Part shown: one piece after another, positions 25,115-34,343 of the stretch
Position numbering within the stretch: position 1 is the first letter of the stretch
Layout of the letters: each line of letters starts with the position of its first letter
From: Candidatus Woesearchaeota archaeon
Lineage (GTDB): Archaea > Nanobdellota > Nanobdellia > Pacearchaeales > GW2011-AR1
Assembly: GCA_964372815.1 (NCBI GenBank)
Contig: CAYJSG010000002.1
Span: forward strand, 1-43,265
Length of the DNA: 43,265 nt
Direction: 5' to 3'
The notes under the pieces: model-generated
The model's database searches: none
The model's input: only the letters and a program-made list of their open reading frames with translations
What the model was told of the DNA's origin: nothing
Position numbers and translations under genes: made by a program

Positions 25115-27622
25115 TCATATAAGTTGAATAGAACGTGTTTCAGTAGAGTTTATATTATTCGCTCGGTCAGTAATAGTTACATTATATAAATAATTACCAA
25201 GATTAAGTTTTGTGAAATTTATGAAGAATTTAGGTTTACTATAGGAAGTTCTATTTATTAAAAAATTATTATTATCAAATAAATAATATGTAATATTCTG
25301 GAAATTTTTTTCGATAACACTAACGTTCACGAAAATCCAATTTTGTGGCACTATCACGCCATCTACAACAGTGTTTACACCATATTTTATAATTGGAAAT
25401 TTAGTGTCAATAGAGAATTTTCTTGATGAAGTGGCATTATTATTACCAAATAAATCAGAGCAATAATAAATAATATTATATCCACCATCACGAAGATTAA
25501 CAATAGTATAGAAATTTATTCCATCTGTACTTTGCATAGTGTAATTCTTTTTTCCTTTATTTAAGGTATAGTTGCACATCCCGAGCTCATCTAAGCTAAC
25601 ATTAAATTGTATTGTACTAACATTATAATATGGCTTATTGGAAGTAGGAAAGTTAATTGTTATTTTGGGAGCGACAACATCGACAAGCGTCAAAGGCAAA
25701 AAGTCACCTCCTATTGCTATTTCATTATTTGCATTATAAGGTAATTCAGTATCGCCCAAACCATCACGGCTAGTATCAATTCCCTTATAATCTGACCAGA
25801 AATTCCCTCCTATAAAAGGACCTCCAACAATATTTTTTCCAGGAGTCTTTGTTATATTCCAATAATTCTCATTATTATCACCACCATCTTCAACATTTAT
25901 AGTATTATTAAATATATTATTATAAAAAAGGTTCTGAGTATTTGTATCTAACAAAATTAATCCGTTTTTGTTACCAACAATTATATTATTTGTAAATCTG
26001 TTTAATGAAGAACTTATTTTAATACCACTTTCTATATTATCTTTTATTATATTAGATTCTATAACATTAGATCCGATATATATTTGATTTGTAATAAAAA
26101 TACCATCTAAATTTTTAATGATGGTATTATTAAACAATTTATTTGAAGTTGCTCCATCTTGAGAAGTAAAACCTCTATTTTTATTATTTTCAATAAGATT
26201 ATTAGATAGTGAGTTATTCATGGAGTCGCGAGTAAGTATAAATCCTTCTGAATTGTCCTTCACAATATTCAAATTGAAATCATTCGAATTAGATAAACCA
26301 AGTAGAAAACCAAAAGCAGAGTCATCCACTTTATTATACAAAAAGTTACTTGAATTTAAACGGAATAAATAAAAACCAATTGCATTACCAGAAACATTAT
26401 TATAAAAAAAATTATTAAATGAAGAATCTTGTAAGAGATATCCAGTAGAGCCAGCACTAATTCGTGCAAAATTATTAGTAAAATTATTAAAATTAGAAGA
26501 ACCTAAATTAAAATCTCTTTCTATATTGTCACTTGCTAAATTATCACTTATAATATTAAAATTTGAAAAAGGACCTATAAAAAATCCGTTTTGATTAAAC
26601 TTTACAGTATTGTTAATAATGTAACTCTCATTTGTTGAATCTAATGTTATCCCAACAAAATACTTTTTAACTATACAATTTTTTATTGTAATATTTTTTT
26701 TATTTGTAGAATTAATACCCCAATTTATAAAATTACCAGCAATAGTATGTCCGGCGCAATCAAGAATTATATTATCTGCTCCAATAACAATCGCAGTATC
26801 AGGACAATTAAGATTAGAATCTAAGACAGTATTCTCTTTTATCACAGACCCACAAGCATTAGAGAACTCTGGAGTAAAATCATTATTTAATAGACTACTT
26901 AAATTCAATCCCCGCCCCAAATTATATAAATTTTCAACATCAACTTGATCTAGTGATCTGTTCCATATCGCAACCTCATCAATTACACCGCCCCAATATC
27001 TTTCTGGCTGATCCAGATTGCTGTGTAACCCTATTCTTAATTTTGGATTTGTAGAACTAATAGTCCCTGTAAAAGGAAGTGTATTTTCTAACTTACCATC
27101 TAGGTAAACCTGTATCTTTTCTCCATCATAAACACCTATTATATGGTACCATTTTTCAGGATCTATTGCCGAAGTTTTAACACTATTTGCTTCATTAGAA
27201 ATCAATCCTGCTTGATTTATAACTAAAAATAACAATTCATAAGAATCTCCACTTTTTGTTATTATAAATCCAACTTCTCTATCATCTAGATAACTTATAA
27301 GAGTCTGATAACTACCAAATTGAGTGGCATTAAACCACGCTTGAACACTAAATTTATTTGAGAGCTTTAAATTAGAAACTTCATTTTTAGCATATTGCCA
27401 TCCCTTATATAATAGAGCCTTGTTTATTTTTCCTTCTACCCAATTACTATCGTCCATATTAATAAGGGCTAAATTAACATTTCCAACTTTATCTGCTGTA
27501 ACTGTTCCACTTCCTTCTTCGAAATTATAATAAGTTATCAATCCATCTTTCAATCCCGCTGAAGAAAAATTCGTCATAAGAAAAAAAATAAAGAACATTA
27601 ATAAAATAGTCTCTTTTTTCAT
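25115..27622 (-). CDS. Secreted surface protein: signal peptide + LamG/ConA-like lectin domain + parallel beta-helix repeats + C-terminal Ig-like region
   Basis: Signal-like MKKETILLMFFIFFLMTNFSSAG. LamG-like block (YYNFEEGSGTVTADKVGN...IDEVAIWNRSL). Long Asn-rich periodic repeats. More than 20 N-x-S/T sequons. Confidence 0.75.
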   Translation of the reverse strand: MKKETILLMFFIFFLMTNFSSAGLKDGLITYYNFEEGSGTVTADKVGNVNLALINMDDSNWVEGKINKALLYKGWQYAKNEVSNLKLSNKFSVQAWFNATQFGSYQTLISYLDDREVGFIITKSGDSYELLFLVINQAGLISNEANSVKTSAIDPEKWYHIIGVYDGEKIQVYLDGKLENTLPFTGTISSTNPKLRIGLHSNLDQPERYWGGVIDEVAIWNRSLDQVDVENLYNLGRGLNLSSLLNNDFTPEFSNACGSVIKENTVLDSNLNCPDTAIVIGADNIILDCAGHTIAGNFINWGINSTNKKNITIKNCIVKKYFVGITLDSTNESYIINNTVKFNQNGFFIGPFSNFNIISDNLASDNIERDFNLGSSNFNNFTNNFARISAGSTGYLLQDSSFNNFFYNNVSGNAIGFYLFRLNSSNFLYNKVDDSAFGFLLGLSNSNDFNLNIVKDNSEGFILTRDSMNNSLSNNLIENNKNRGFTSQDGATSNKLFNNTIIKNLDGIFITNQIYIGSNVIESNIIKDNIESGIKISSSLNRFTNNIIVGNKNGLILLDTNTQNLFYNNIFNNTINVEDGGDNNENYWNITKTPGKNIVGGPFIGGNFWSDYKGIDTSRDGLGDTELPYNANNEIAIGGDFLPLTLVDVVAPKITINFPTSNKPYYNVSTIQFNVSLDELGMCNYTLNKGKKNYTMQSTDGINFYTIVNLRDGGYNIIYYCSDLFGNNNATSSRKFSIDTKFPIIKYGVNTVVDGVIVPQNWIFVNVSVIEKNFQNITYYLFDNNNFLINRTSYSKPKFFINFTKLNLGNYLYNVTITDRANNINSTETRSIQLI

Positions 27623-27643
27623 ATTAATTGCTAGTAGAGAATA

Positions 27644-27651
27644 TATTTAAA
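27644..27651 (-). promoter_or_regulatory. TATA-like box for CDS 25115..27622
   Basis: Minus strand reads TTTAAATA, 22-29 nt upstream of the ATG at 27622. Confidence 0.5.
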
Positions 27652-27701
27652 TTCTTCTTTATCATATCATAAACAAAAAGTAGCAAAATTATAGATAAAA
27701 A

Positions 27702-28325
27702 TTACTTTTCTTCCTCATACTCCTCCAGCAAAATCTTCTTAATAATTTTATAGTTATATTCGCAATTTTTCTGCCATTTAAATTTAAAATATAAATCAAG
27801 GTTAGTTGCAGGCTTCTTTATTTTTTTTAGTCTTTCAAATCTCACTTTTCTCTTCTCTTCAAATAATAAAATATTTTTTGACTTGGGCAGACAATAAAGA
27901 ACTTCTCTAATCTCTTTATCATCAACTCTTTTATGGAAAATCATAAATAAAGATTGTAATATAAACTCATCTACATAAATATCATCTTTTTTGCTCACAA
28001 TTTCATATTTAGCCAGCACCCCGGCTAAATATGAATTCCTCATTTTTAAAATACCAAGATAATTTTTAACAGTTAAATGCTCTAATTTTAACCAATTACT
28101 ATTTAACTTAAAAAAAAGATATAAAGTTTTAATAGGCTTCTTGATAAAATATTTAATAATATTATATATCTTAGTTATATTATTTCCATATTCAACTTCA
28201 TAAACTTCTTTTCCTTTTTCCTTCAATTTCTTTAAAAATGTTGTCTTTCCAGACTTCGCTAATCCAAATATTTCAATACAATTCAATCCCTTTCCTTCCT
28301 TACTTTTAATAGCCAAGACCGTCAT
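27702..28325 (-). CDS. P-loop NTPase of unknown function
   Basis: Walker A FGLAKSGKTTFL. 207 aa. No other recognisable motif. Confidence 0.55.
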   Translation of the reverse strand: MTVLAIKSKEGKGLNCIEIFGLAKSGKTTFLKKLKEKGKEVYEVEYGNNITKIYNIIKYFIKKPIKTLYLFFKLNSNWLKLEHLTVKNYLGILKMRNSYLAGVLAKYEIVSKKDDIYVDEFILQSLFMIFHKRVDDKEIREVLYCLPKSKNILLFEEKRKVRFERLKKIKKPATNLDLYFKFKWQKNCEYNYKIIKKILLEEYEEEK

Positions 28326-28409
28326 AAATAATCAATAATAAATATAATTAAAAACCCTTCTAAACTTAAATTTATATAAGAATTCACAAGCTTTATCCTA
28401 AATCACCAA

Positions 28410-29414
28410 ATGCTGAATAAAAAGAAAATTAAGAAAATACTAGTAATAAAAAATGACAAAATTGGAGATATGATTCTTTCAACAAATATATTCAGAGAAC
28501 TTAAAAAAAATTTTCCACAAGCAGACATAACAGTAGTAGCGTCAAACTCTAATAAGCCGATTATAGAAAAAAATAAGAATATAAAAAAGATAATAACCCT
28601 GGACTATCCTCCAAATTCATTTCAGGATTACATTAATTATTATAAAATATCAAAAAAAATTAAGAATGAAAACTTTGATCTCGGTATAGATTTAAGAGGG
28701 AGTATAATAAATATCTTTTTCCTGTTAACTTTGCCAAAAATAAAATATAAGATAGGTTTCTACAATAGATTTTTCTCAAAATTTTTTCTGGATTATGGAT
28801 ATAAAAAAAATAGAATAAATCAGCACGTTACTTTTCAGAGAATAGACTTAATGAATAAATCGTTAAATACAAATTCAAAAAATTATTGGCCAGAAATTGC
28901 AGTAGATGAAGAAGATATAAAAATAGCAGACAATATTACAAAAAAGTATAAGCTTAAAAAGTTTATTTCTATTGTTCCAGATGCAAGCCTGCCAGACAAA
29001 CAATGGCCTATTCAAAATTGGGATGAAATAATAAGATATCTTAAAGATTCATATAAAAATTATGGAATTCTGATTTTAGGGATAAATAAAAAGAAAATTG
29101 ATTTCTTAATAAAAAGAAATCCTCATATTATTAATCCTGCACAATTACTTCCACTTAGAGTAATATATTTAATATTTAAAAGAAGCTCTTTAGTAATAAC
29201 TCAAGATGGTGGCCCAATGCATCTTGCATGGGCAGGAAAATCAAGTCTTATAACTTTAATTTCCGGCTATAAATATAGATCAAAAAAACTGAATAAATTT
29301 AACTATATAAGGCCATTAAACAAAAATTCTATGGTCCTCTATAATAATATGGATAAAATAAAAATTGAGGAGGTAAAATCAGCAATTGACAAAATGCTAC
29401 TTGACAAAAGGTAA
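28410..29414 (+). CDS. Glycosyltransferase family 9 (heptosyltransferase-like)
   Basis: N-terminus KILVIKNDKIGDMILSTNIFRELKKNFPQADITVVA is typical of GT9. The C-terminal half contains ITQDGGPMHLA. Confidence 0.75.
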   Translation: MLNKKKIKKILVIKNDKIGDMILSTNIFRELKKNFPQADITVVASNSNKPIIEKNKNIKKIITLDYPPNSFQDYINYYKISKKIKNENFDLGIDLRGSIINIFFLLTLPKIKYKIGFYNRFFSKFFLDYGYKKNRINQHVTFQRIDLMNKSLNTNSKNYWPEIAVDEEDIKIADNITKKYKLKKFISIVPDASLPDKQWPIQNWDEIIRYLKDSYKNYGILILGINKKKIDFLIKRNPHIINPAQLLPLRVIYLIFKRSSLVITQDGGPMHLAWAGKSSLITLISGYKYRSKKLNKFNYIRPLNKNSMVLYNNMDKIKIEEVKSAIDKMLLDKR

Positions 29415-29444
29415 TTTTATAAATCGCTATTTTTTAATATAAAA

Positions 29445-29645
29445 ATGAAGTTTAAAGAGAATAAAACCAATAAAGAGTATGAATATCTGGGCTACATTAT
29501 TATGTATTTTATTTTCACAACAATTTTATACCTTATTTTAACATTCTTAAATAAGATACCAGAAACCTGGAATTATCTTCATGTTATGGCAATAACAATA
29601 ATTATAATATTAATATCAAGACTAATCAAATATATAATAAAATGA
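29445..29645 (+). CDS. Small two-TM membrane protein
   Basis: 66 aa with two hydrophobic helices. The stop overlaps the next ATG (ATGA). Confidence 0.45.
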   Translation: MKFKENKTNKEYEYLGYIIMYFIFTTILYLILTFLNKIPETWNYLHVMAITIIIILISRLIKYIIK

Positions 29646-29890
29646 GATTCCAAGAACTTTTTAAAAGCATAAAAGAAGGGCAGAAAGCATTTGGAGAAGA
29701 CATAGCAGTTATAATTAACTCTGTTTTATTAACATTAGTTTACATATTTGGAGTTGGATTTACTTTTTTAATAGCGAAATTTTCAAATAAAAATTTTCTT
29801 GATTTAAAAATTAAAAAAGATTCAGAAACATATTGGGAAGACCTAAACTTAACAAAAAAACCAGTGGAGGCCTATTACCGGCAATTTTAA
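29642..29890 (+). CDS. Small membrane protein, possibly SxtJ-C-terminal-like
   Basis: 82 aa with one long hydrophobic segment followed by NFLDLKIKKDSETYW. Sits 1 nt upstream of the carbamoyltransferase. Confidence 0.5.
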   Translation: MRFQELFKSIKEGQKAFGEDIAVIINSVLLTLVYIFGVGFTFLIAKFSNKNFLDLKIKKDSETYWEDLNLTKKPVEAYYRQF

Positions 29891-29891
29891 A

Positions 29892-31652
29892 ATGTACATT
29901 TTAGGAATCTCATGTTTTTATCACGATTCTTCAGCGGCTCTTATAAAAGATGGAAAAGTAGTCATAGCAATTCAAGAAGAAAGGCTTACAAGAAAAAAAC
30001 ACGACACCTCATTTCCAATTAACGCAATAAAATATTGCCTAAAAAGCCAGAATGTCACAATTGAGGATATAGACTATATAGGATTTTATGAGAAACCATT
30101 TCTCAAATTAGAAAGACTTTTGCATCAACATTTAGAAAAATTCCCTTTCAGTTATAAAATATTTCTTTCCTCCCTTCCATCATGGTTTAATGAAAAGCTA
30201 AAAGTTGTAAAGTTATTTAGAAAAAAATTAAATTACAGGAAGGACATTTTATTTATTGAACATCATATGGCTCACGCGGCAGGTTCTTTTCTTCCAAGTC
30301 CATTTAAAGAAGCAGCTATTCTAAGTGTTGACGGCGTTGGTGAATGGACAACAACCGCATATGGAATAGGACAGCACAATAACATAACCTTAATGAAAGA
30401 AATAAAATTCCCTTCATCCATAGGCCTTTTATATTCTGCAATTACAACTTATCTTGGATTTAAAGCGAATGGGCACGAATACAAAGTTATGGGCTTGGCT
30501 CCATATGGCGACATGAATAAAAAAACAAATTCCTATTATGAAAGATTAAAGAGCATAATTAACATAAAAGAAGATGGCAGTTATAGATTTGATATGAGCT
30601 ATTTTATTTATCATTTTACAAATAAAATGCCTTCAAAAAAGTTATGTGCTCTTCTTCAAGGCCCTATAAGGAAGCCAGAATCAGAGATAACTCAAAGGCA
30701 CAAAGATATAGCTGCCGCATTACAGTTAGTAACAGAAGAAATAATGCTTAAAATGCTGAATCATATATATAAACTAACAAAGTTAGACAATCTAGTTTTA
30801 GCAGGAGGCGTAGGCTTAAATAGCGTGTGCAATGGAAAAATATTGAAAAACACCCCCTTCAAGAAAATCTGGGTTCAACCTGATCCAGGAGATGGCGGCA
30901 CAAGTATTGGTGCAGCTTTATACATATATAACACTTTGTTAGGAAATAAAAGAAACTATATAATGAATACCGCATATCTCGGTCCTGAATTCACCACAGA
31001 AGAAATAAAGTCCTTCTTAATTCAAAACAATATAAAATACAGCCAATTTAAATCTGACAAAGAATTGATAAAAAGAACAGCAGAATTAATTTATAAAAAT
31101 AATGTAGTTGGTTGGTTCCAGGGAAGAATGGAATGGGGACCAAGAGCGTTAGGAGCAAGAAGCATTTTATCCAATCCAGCCAATAAAAATATGCAGGAAA
31201 TATTAAATGTAAAAGTAAAGCATAGAGAAAAATTCCGTCCTTTTGCACCAGCAGTATGTATAGATGATGCATTAAAATATTATGAGTGTGACAAACCAAT
31301 TCCGCTTCCGACAGATTTCATGTTAATGGTTTATCCAACAAAAAAGAAGTGGCATAAAAAAATACCAGCTGTCACTCATATAGACGGTTCCGGAAGATTG
31401 CAGACAGTTAGAAGCTCACAAAATTTGTTATATTACAATTTAATCAAGGAGTTTGGAAAATTATCAGGAATTCCAATAATAATTAATACATCTTTTAATA
31501 TTAGAGGCGAACCAATAGTCTGTACCCCCTATGACGCGTATAAATGTATGATGGGAACAGGAATAGATTATCTTATTATTGATAAATTTTTAATTAAACG
31601 AGACGACAACCAACAACACATTTGGGATAGTGAAAAATATGCTAAAGACTAA
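29892..31652 (+). CDS. NodU/CmcH-family carbamoyltransferase
   Basis: MYILGISCFYHDSSAALIKDGKVVIAIQEERLTRKKHD, and GRMEWGPRALGARSIL in the C-terminal domain. 586 aa. Confidence 0.9.
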   Translation: MYILGISCFYHDSSAALIKDGKVVIAIQEERLTRKKHDTSFPINAIKYCLKSQNVTIEDIDYIGFYEKPFLKLERLLHQHLEKFPFSYKIFLSSLPSWFNEKLKVVKLFRKKLNYRKDILFIEHHMAHAAGSFLPSPFKEAAILSVDGVGEWTTTAYGIGQHNNITLMKEIKFPSSIGLLYSAITTYLGFKANGHEYKVMGLAPYGDMNKKTNSYYERLKSIINIKEDGSYRFDMSYFIYHFTNKMPSKKLCALLQGPIRKPESEITQRHKDIAAALQLVTEEIMLKMLNHIYKLTKLDNLVLAGGVGLNSVCNGKILKNTPFKKIWVQPDPGDGGTSIGAALYIYNTLLGNKRNYIMNTAYLGPEFTTEEIKSFLIQNNIKYSQFKSDKELIKRTAELIYKNNVVGWFQGRMEWGPRALGARSILSNPANKNMQEILNVKVKHREKFRPFAPAVCIDDALKYYECDKPIPLPTDFMLMVYPTKKKWHKKIPAVTHIDGSGRLQTVRSSQNLLYYNLIKEFGKLSGIPIIINTSFNIRGEPIVCTPYDAYKCMMGTGIDYLIIDKFLIKRDDNQQHIWDSEKYAKD

Positions 31653-32691
31653 AAAGAATATAATAATTAATATAATATTATTGCTTGCAGTAACAATAAT
31701 ATTATTTATCTTTTTGGAAATAATATTTAGGGCAATTTTGGGCCCAGGCAGAATACAAAATTCAAAAGGAGAAACACCATATATAAATGATCCTGAACTA
31801 GGCTTTAAACTAAAACCCTATTATAGTGGAAATTTTAAAGAACCAGATTTTAATACAGAATTCAAGACAAACGCTCAAGGTTTTAGGAATAATTTTGACT
31901 TTGAGAAGTCAGATAAAAAGATAATCTTTATGCTCGGAGATTCATTCATAGCAGGAAGCGGAGTTGAAGTTGAAGAAACTTCTTCATTATATCTAAAAAA
32001 TATACTTGCAGATTATAAAGTTTATAATCTGGGTGTTCCAGGTTATTCGCAAAGACAGCACATAATCCAATTAGAAAAATTTATTCCTATTTATAATCCA
32101 GAAATTATTATATTAAATTTTTATACAGGCAATGACTTAACAGACAACTGCGATTCTCTTCCTTCTATAAAATCTCCTGAAAAATTATTAGAAAAAATAA
32201 GAATGTCAATAAGAAAAAGCCAATTTATTACATTTATTTATAGAAAGCTTGTTGTACCATTTAAATATCCAAAAAATTTAGATTATTACATTGATTCTCC
32301 AAAAATTCAGGAATGTTATGACATAACAAAACAGCATTTAATAAAAATTAAGAATTTAACTTCTAAGTATAATACAAAACTTATTATGACTCTGATTCCT
32401 AGAGAGCCTCAAACAGTAAAGGAAAAAGAGGAAGAACTTATAGACTGGTATGATAACTTTCCAGAGTTCAATCCAAAAAAATTTGACTTAAATTTAATAA
32501 ACAAAAAAATGTCAAATATTTGTAAAGAAATTGGACTAGACTGCCTAGATTTCAGTTTAAGATTTAAAGAAGATTCATCTAGAGATTTATATCTAAATGA
32601 CGGTCATTGGAATAAAAGTGGCCATAAACTTGCTGCAGAAACAATAGCAAAATATTTAAAAGATGGAGGGTATTTAGAAAATTATGAATAA
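31639..32691 (+). CDS. Membrane-anchored SGNH/GDSL-type hydrolase or acyltransferase
   Basis: N-terminal TM, GDS block FMLGDSFIAGSG, and C-terminal DGHWNKSGH. The start may be ATG 31639 or GTG 31630. Confidence 0.7.
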   Translation: MLKTKKNIIINIILLLAVTIILFIFLEIIFRAILGPGRIQNSKGETPYINDPELGFKLKPYYSGNFKEPDFNTEFKTNAQGFRNNFDFEKSDKKIIFMLGDSFIAGSGVEVEETSSLYLKNILADYKVYNLGVPGYSQRQHIIQLEKFIPIYNPEIIILNFYTGNDLTDNCDSLPSIKSPEKLLEKIRMSIRKSQFITFIYRKLVVPFKYPKNLDYYIDSPKIQECYDITKQHLIKIKNLTSKYNTKLIMTLIPREPQTVKEKEEELIDWYDNFPEFNPKKFDLNLINKKMSNICKEIGLDCLDFSLRFKEDSSRDLYLNDGHWNKSGHKLAAETIAKYLKDGGYLENYE

Positions 32692-32842
32692 CAAATCATT
32701 ATTAGTAGAGGTATGGGACTTTCTTAAAGTAAGAAAAAAATGGTGGCTTTTACCAATAATAATAATGCTTGTTTTAGTTGGGGCATTAATAATCCTGGGT
32801 CAAAGCAGTTCACTGTCTCCTTTTATTTATGCACTAGGTTGA
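32684..32842 (+). CDS. DUF5989 / SxtK-like 52-aa membrane peptide (not in the supplied ORF track)
   Basis: MNNKSLLVEVWDFLKVRKKWWLLPIIIMLVLVGALIILGQSSSLSPFIYALG. The ATG overlaps the upstream stop. The pattern W.FL..RKKWWLLPI...G.......S...PFIY matches my recollection of the family. Confidence 0.65.
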   Translation: MNNKSLLVEVWDFLKVRKKWWLLPIIIMLVLVGALIILGQSSSLSPFIYALG

Positions 32843-34291
32843 TTTTTCGAAAACCCTTAATATTTTATATTTTTTAACAAGGTTAAATCCGGCAATGCTA
32901 AAATTATCATCATAGCTTATCCCATATTTAATATCATCATAATTAGTATCATCGTTTGAATTTTTTCCCAGTCCAACTTCAATCCATAGCTCTGTTCTAA
33001 ATCTAGGATCAGCATCAGATTTTATTCTTCTTTTTGCTATTATTGTCTCATTATTTAAATAAAGTTTATAATCTTCTATACTTACAAATTCCGGTATATC
33101 ATTTCCCCAATAAAAATGAGCAAGCTCTTTATAATCATCTCTTTTTCCACTAACAACAAAACTCTGATTAAGATATTCTTTTCCTATTTTTTCCAAATCC
33201 TCTTGAATCAATTCTCCTTTAAATCCACTATTAAACTCAAAATTAGGAAACTTTACAATAGCTTTTTCCAAATTTCTTACATTTGTCTCGTAATAACCTT
33301 GGGCAATATAAGGCAGAACAACAAACATACTAATAACAAAAAAGATAACTAATTGTCTTTTATACTGTTTTTCGCTCAATTCTTCTGCTATAAGTAAGGT
33401 CATTATAGGCATTAAAACCATTAACATTCTTATGTGTGGATTTAATAATATAAATAATAAACACAAACTAAGAAAGATCATACTTTTCTTATATCTCACA
33501 AAAGTCTGCCTTCTGTATAAAATATAGAAATAAGATGGAATGAATGTAATAATGATTAAATATCCTAACCAGCTTACAACTTCATAAACATTTTCGTAAA
33601 TTCCCCCATATAAGGCGAAAGCCAAAAGGGCAAGAAAGTTCTTCAAAATTCCATAAAAAGCAAAATTATAGAATACCTGATCAGCTATCAATCTGGGTAA
33701 TATTCCCACAATAACAGAAATAATGAAAATCCAGCTATAAAAGAATTTTTTATTATAAAAAAAGGCGATTAGAAAGATAACGGAAAAATACAACGCACTA
33801 TCCCAGAAAGCAGCAGCCATTCCGATTAATATGCCTGAATAAACAGCATATTTAATTTTCTCTTCCTTATCAAATCTACATAAGAAATAATAAGCCCATA
33901 AAAATAACAAGCTCACAATTAGAACAGGGCTCAACCAAGGAGCCATATACCACGCCAATGGACTAAAAACGCTCAACAATAAACTCTTTCTATCTTTCCC
34001 GCTTATATAATAAATACTTATTATAACTAATACCAACCAGAAAGCAGAAGCAAGTTTAATTAGAATAAAACTATCAGTTATCTTAATAAACGGGCTTAAT
34101 AATAATCCGTATAAAATAGAATGAGCTGCTCTATGTTTTGCTTTATATTCTCCAGCAAAGAATTTAGCCGTGTCAGAATAATCCTTGACATCAGTAGCGT
34201 CAAGCATGTCAAATGGCACAGTTATTAAGGCAATTAAAATTAATAAAATAGAAGTTATAATTATAATGTTCTTATCTTTTAATCTTTTCAT
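32834..34291 (-). CDS. Polytopic membrane protein, putative GT-C-type glycosyltransferase
   Basis: About 12 TM helices, with acidic DMLDATD in the first loop and a soluble C-terminal domain. No WWDYG motif, so not AglB. The family call is tentative. Confidence 0.5.
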   Translation of the reverse strand: MKRLKDKNIIIITSILLILIALITVPFDMLDATDVKDYSDTAKFFAGEYKAKHRAAHSILYGLLLSPFIKITDSFILIKLASAFWLVLVIISIYYISGKDRKSLLLSVFSPLAWYMAPWLSPVLIVSLLFLWAYYFLCRFDKEEKIKYAVYSGILIGMAAAFWDSALYFSVIFLIAFFYNKKFFYSWIFIISVIVGILPRLIADQVFYNFAFYGILKNFLALLAFALYGGIYENVYEVVSWLGYLIIITFIPSYFYILYRRQTFVRYKKSMIFLSLCLLFILLNPHIRMLMVLMPIMTLLIAEELSEKQYKRQLVIFFVISMFVVLPYIAQGYYETNVRNLEKAIVKFPNFEFNSGFKGELIQEDLEKIGKEYLNQSFVVSGKRDDYKELAHFYWGNDIPEFVSIEDYKLYLNNETIIAKRRIKSDADPRFRTELWIEVGLGKNSNDDTNYDDIKYGISYDDNFSIAGFNLVKKYKILRVFEKST

Positions 34292-34313
34292 CACATCAAA
34301 AACAAAATAAACC

Positions 34314-34323
34314 TATTTAAATA
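34314..34323 (-). promoter_or_regulatory. TATA-like box for CDS 32834..34291
   Basis: Palindromic TATTTAAATA, 23-32 nt upstream of the ATG at 34291. Confidence 0.5.
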
Positions 34324-34343
34324 TAATTAAAAACAAATCTAAA

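Noticed and set aside
25046-27637. Shared CTACTAG element between the phosphonate-operon promoter (25046-25064) and the LamG-protein promoter (27631-27637) as a common operator
   Set aside because: The match is only 7 bp, and the same heptamer also occurs inside a CDS (35104-35110), so chance cannot be excluded. Only the full 8+3+8 palindrome at 25046-25064 was retained.
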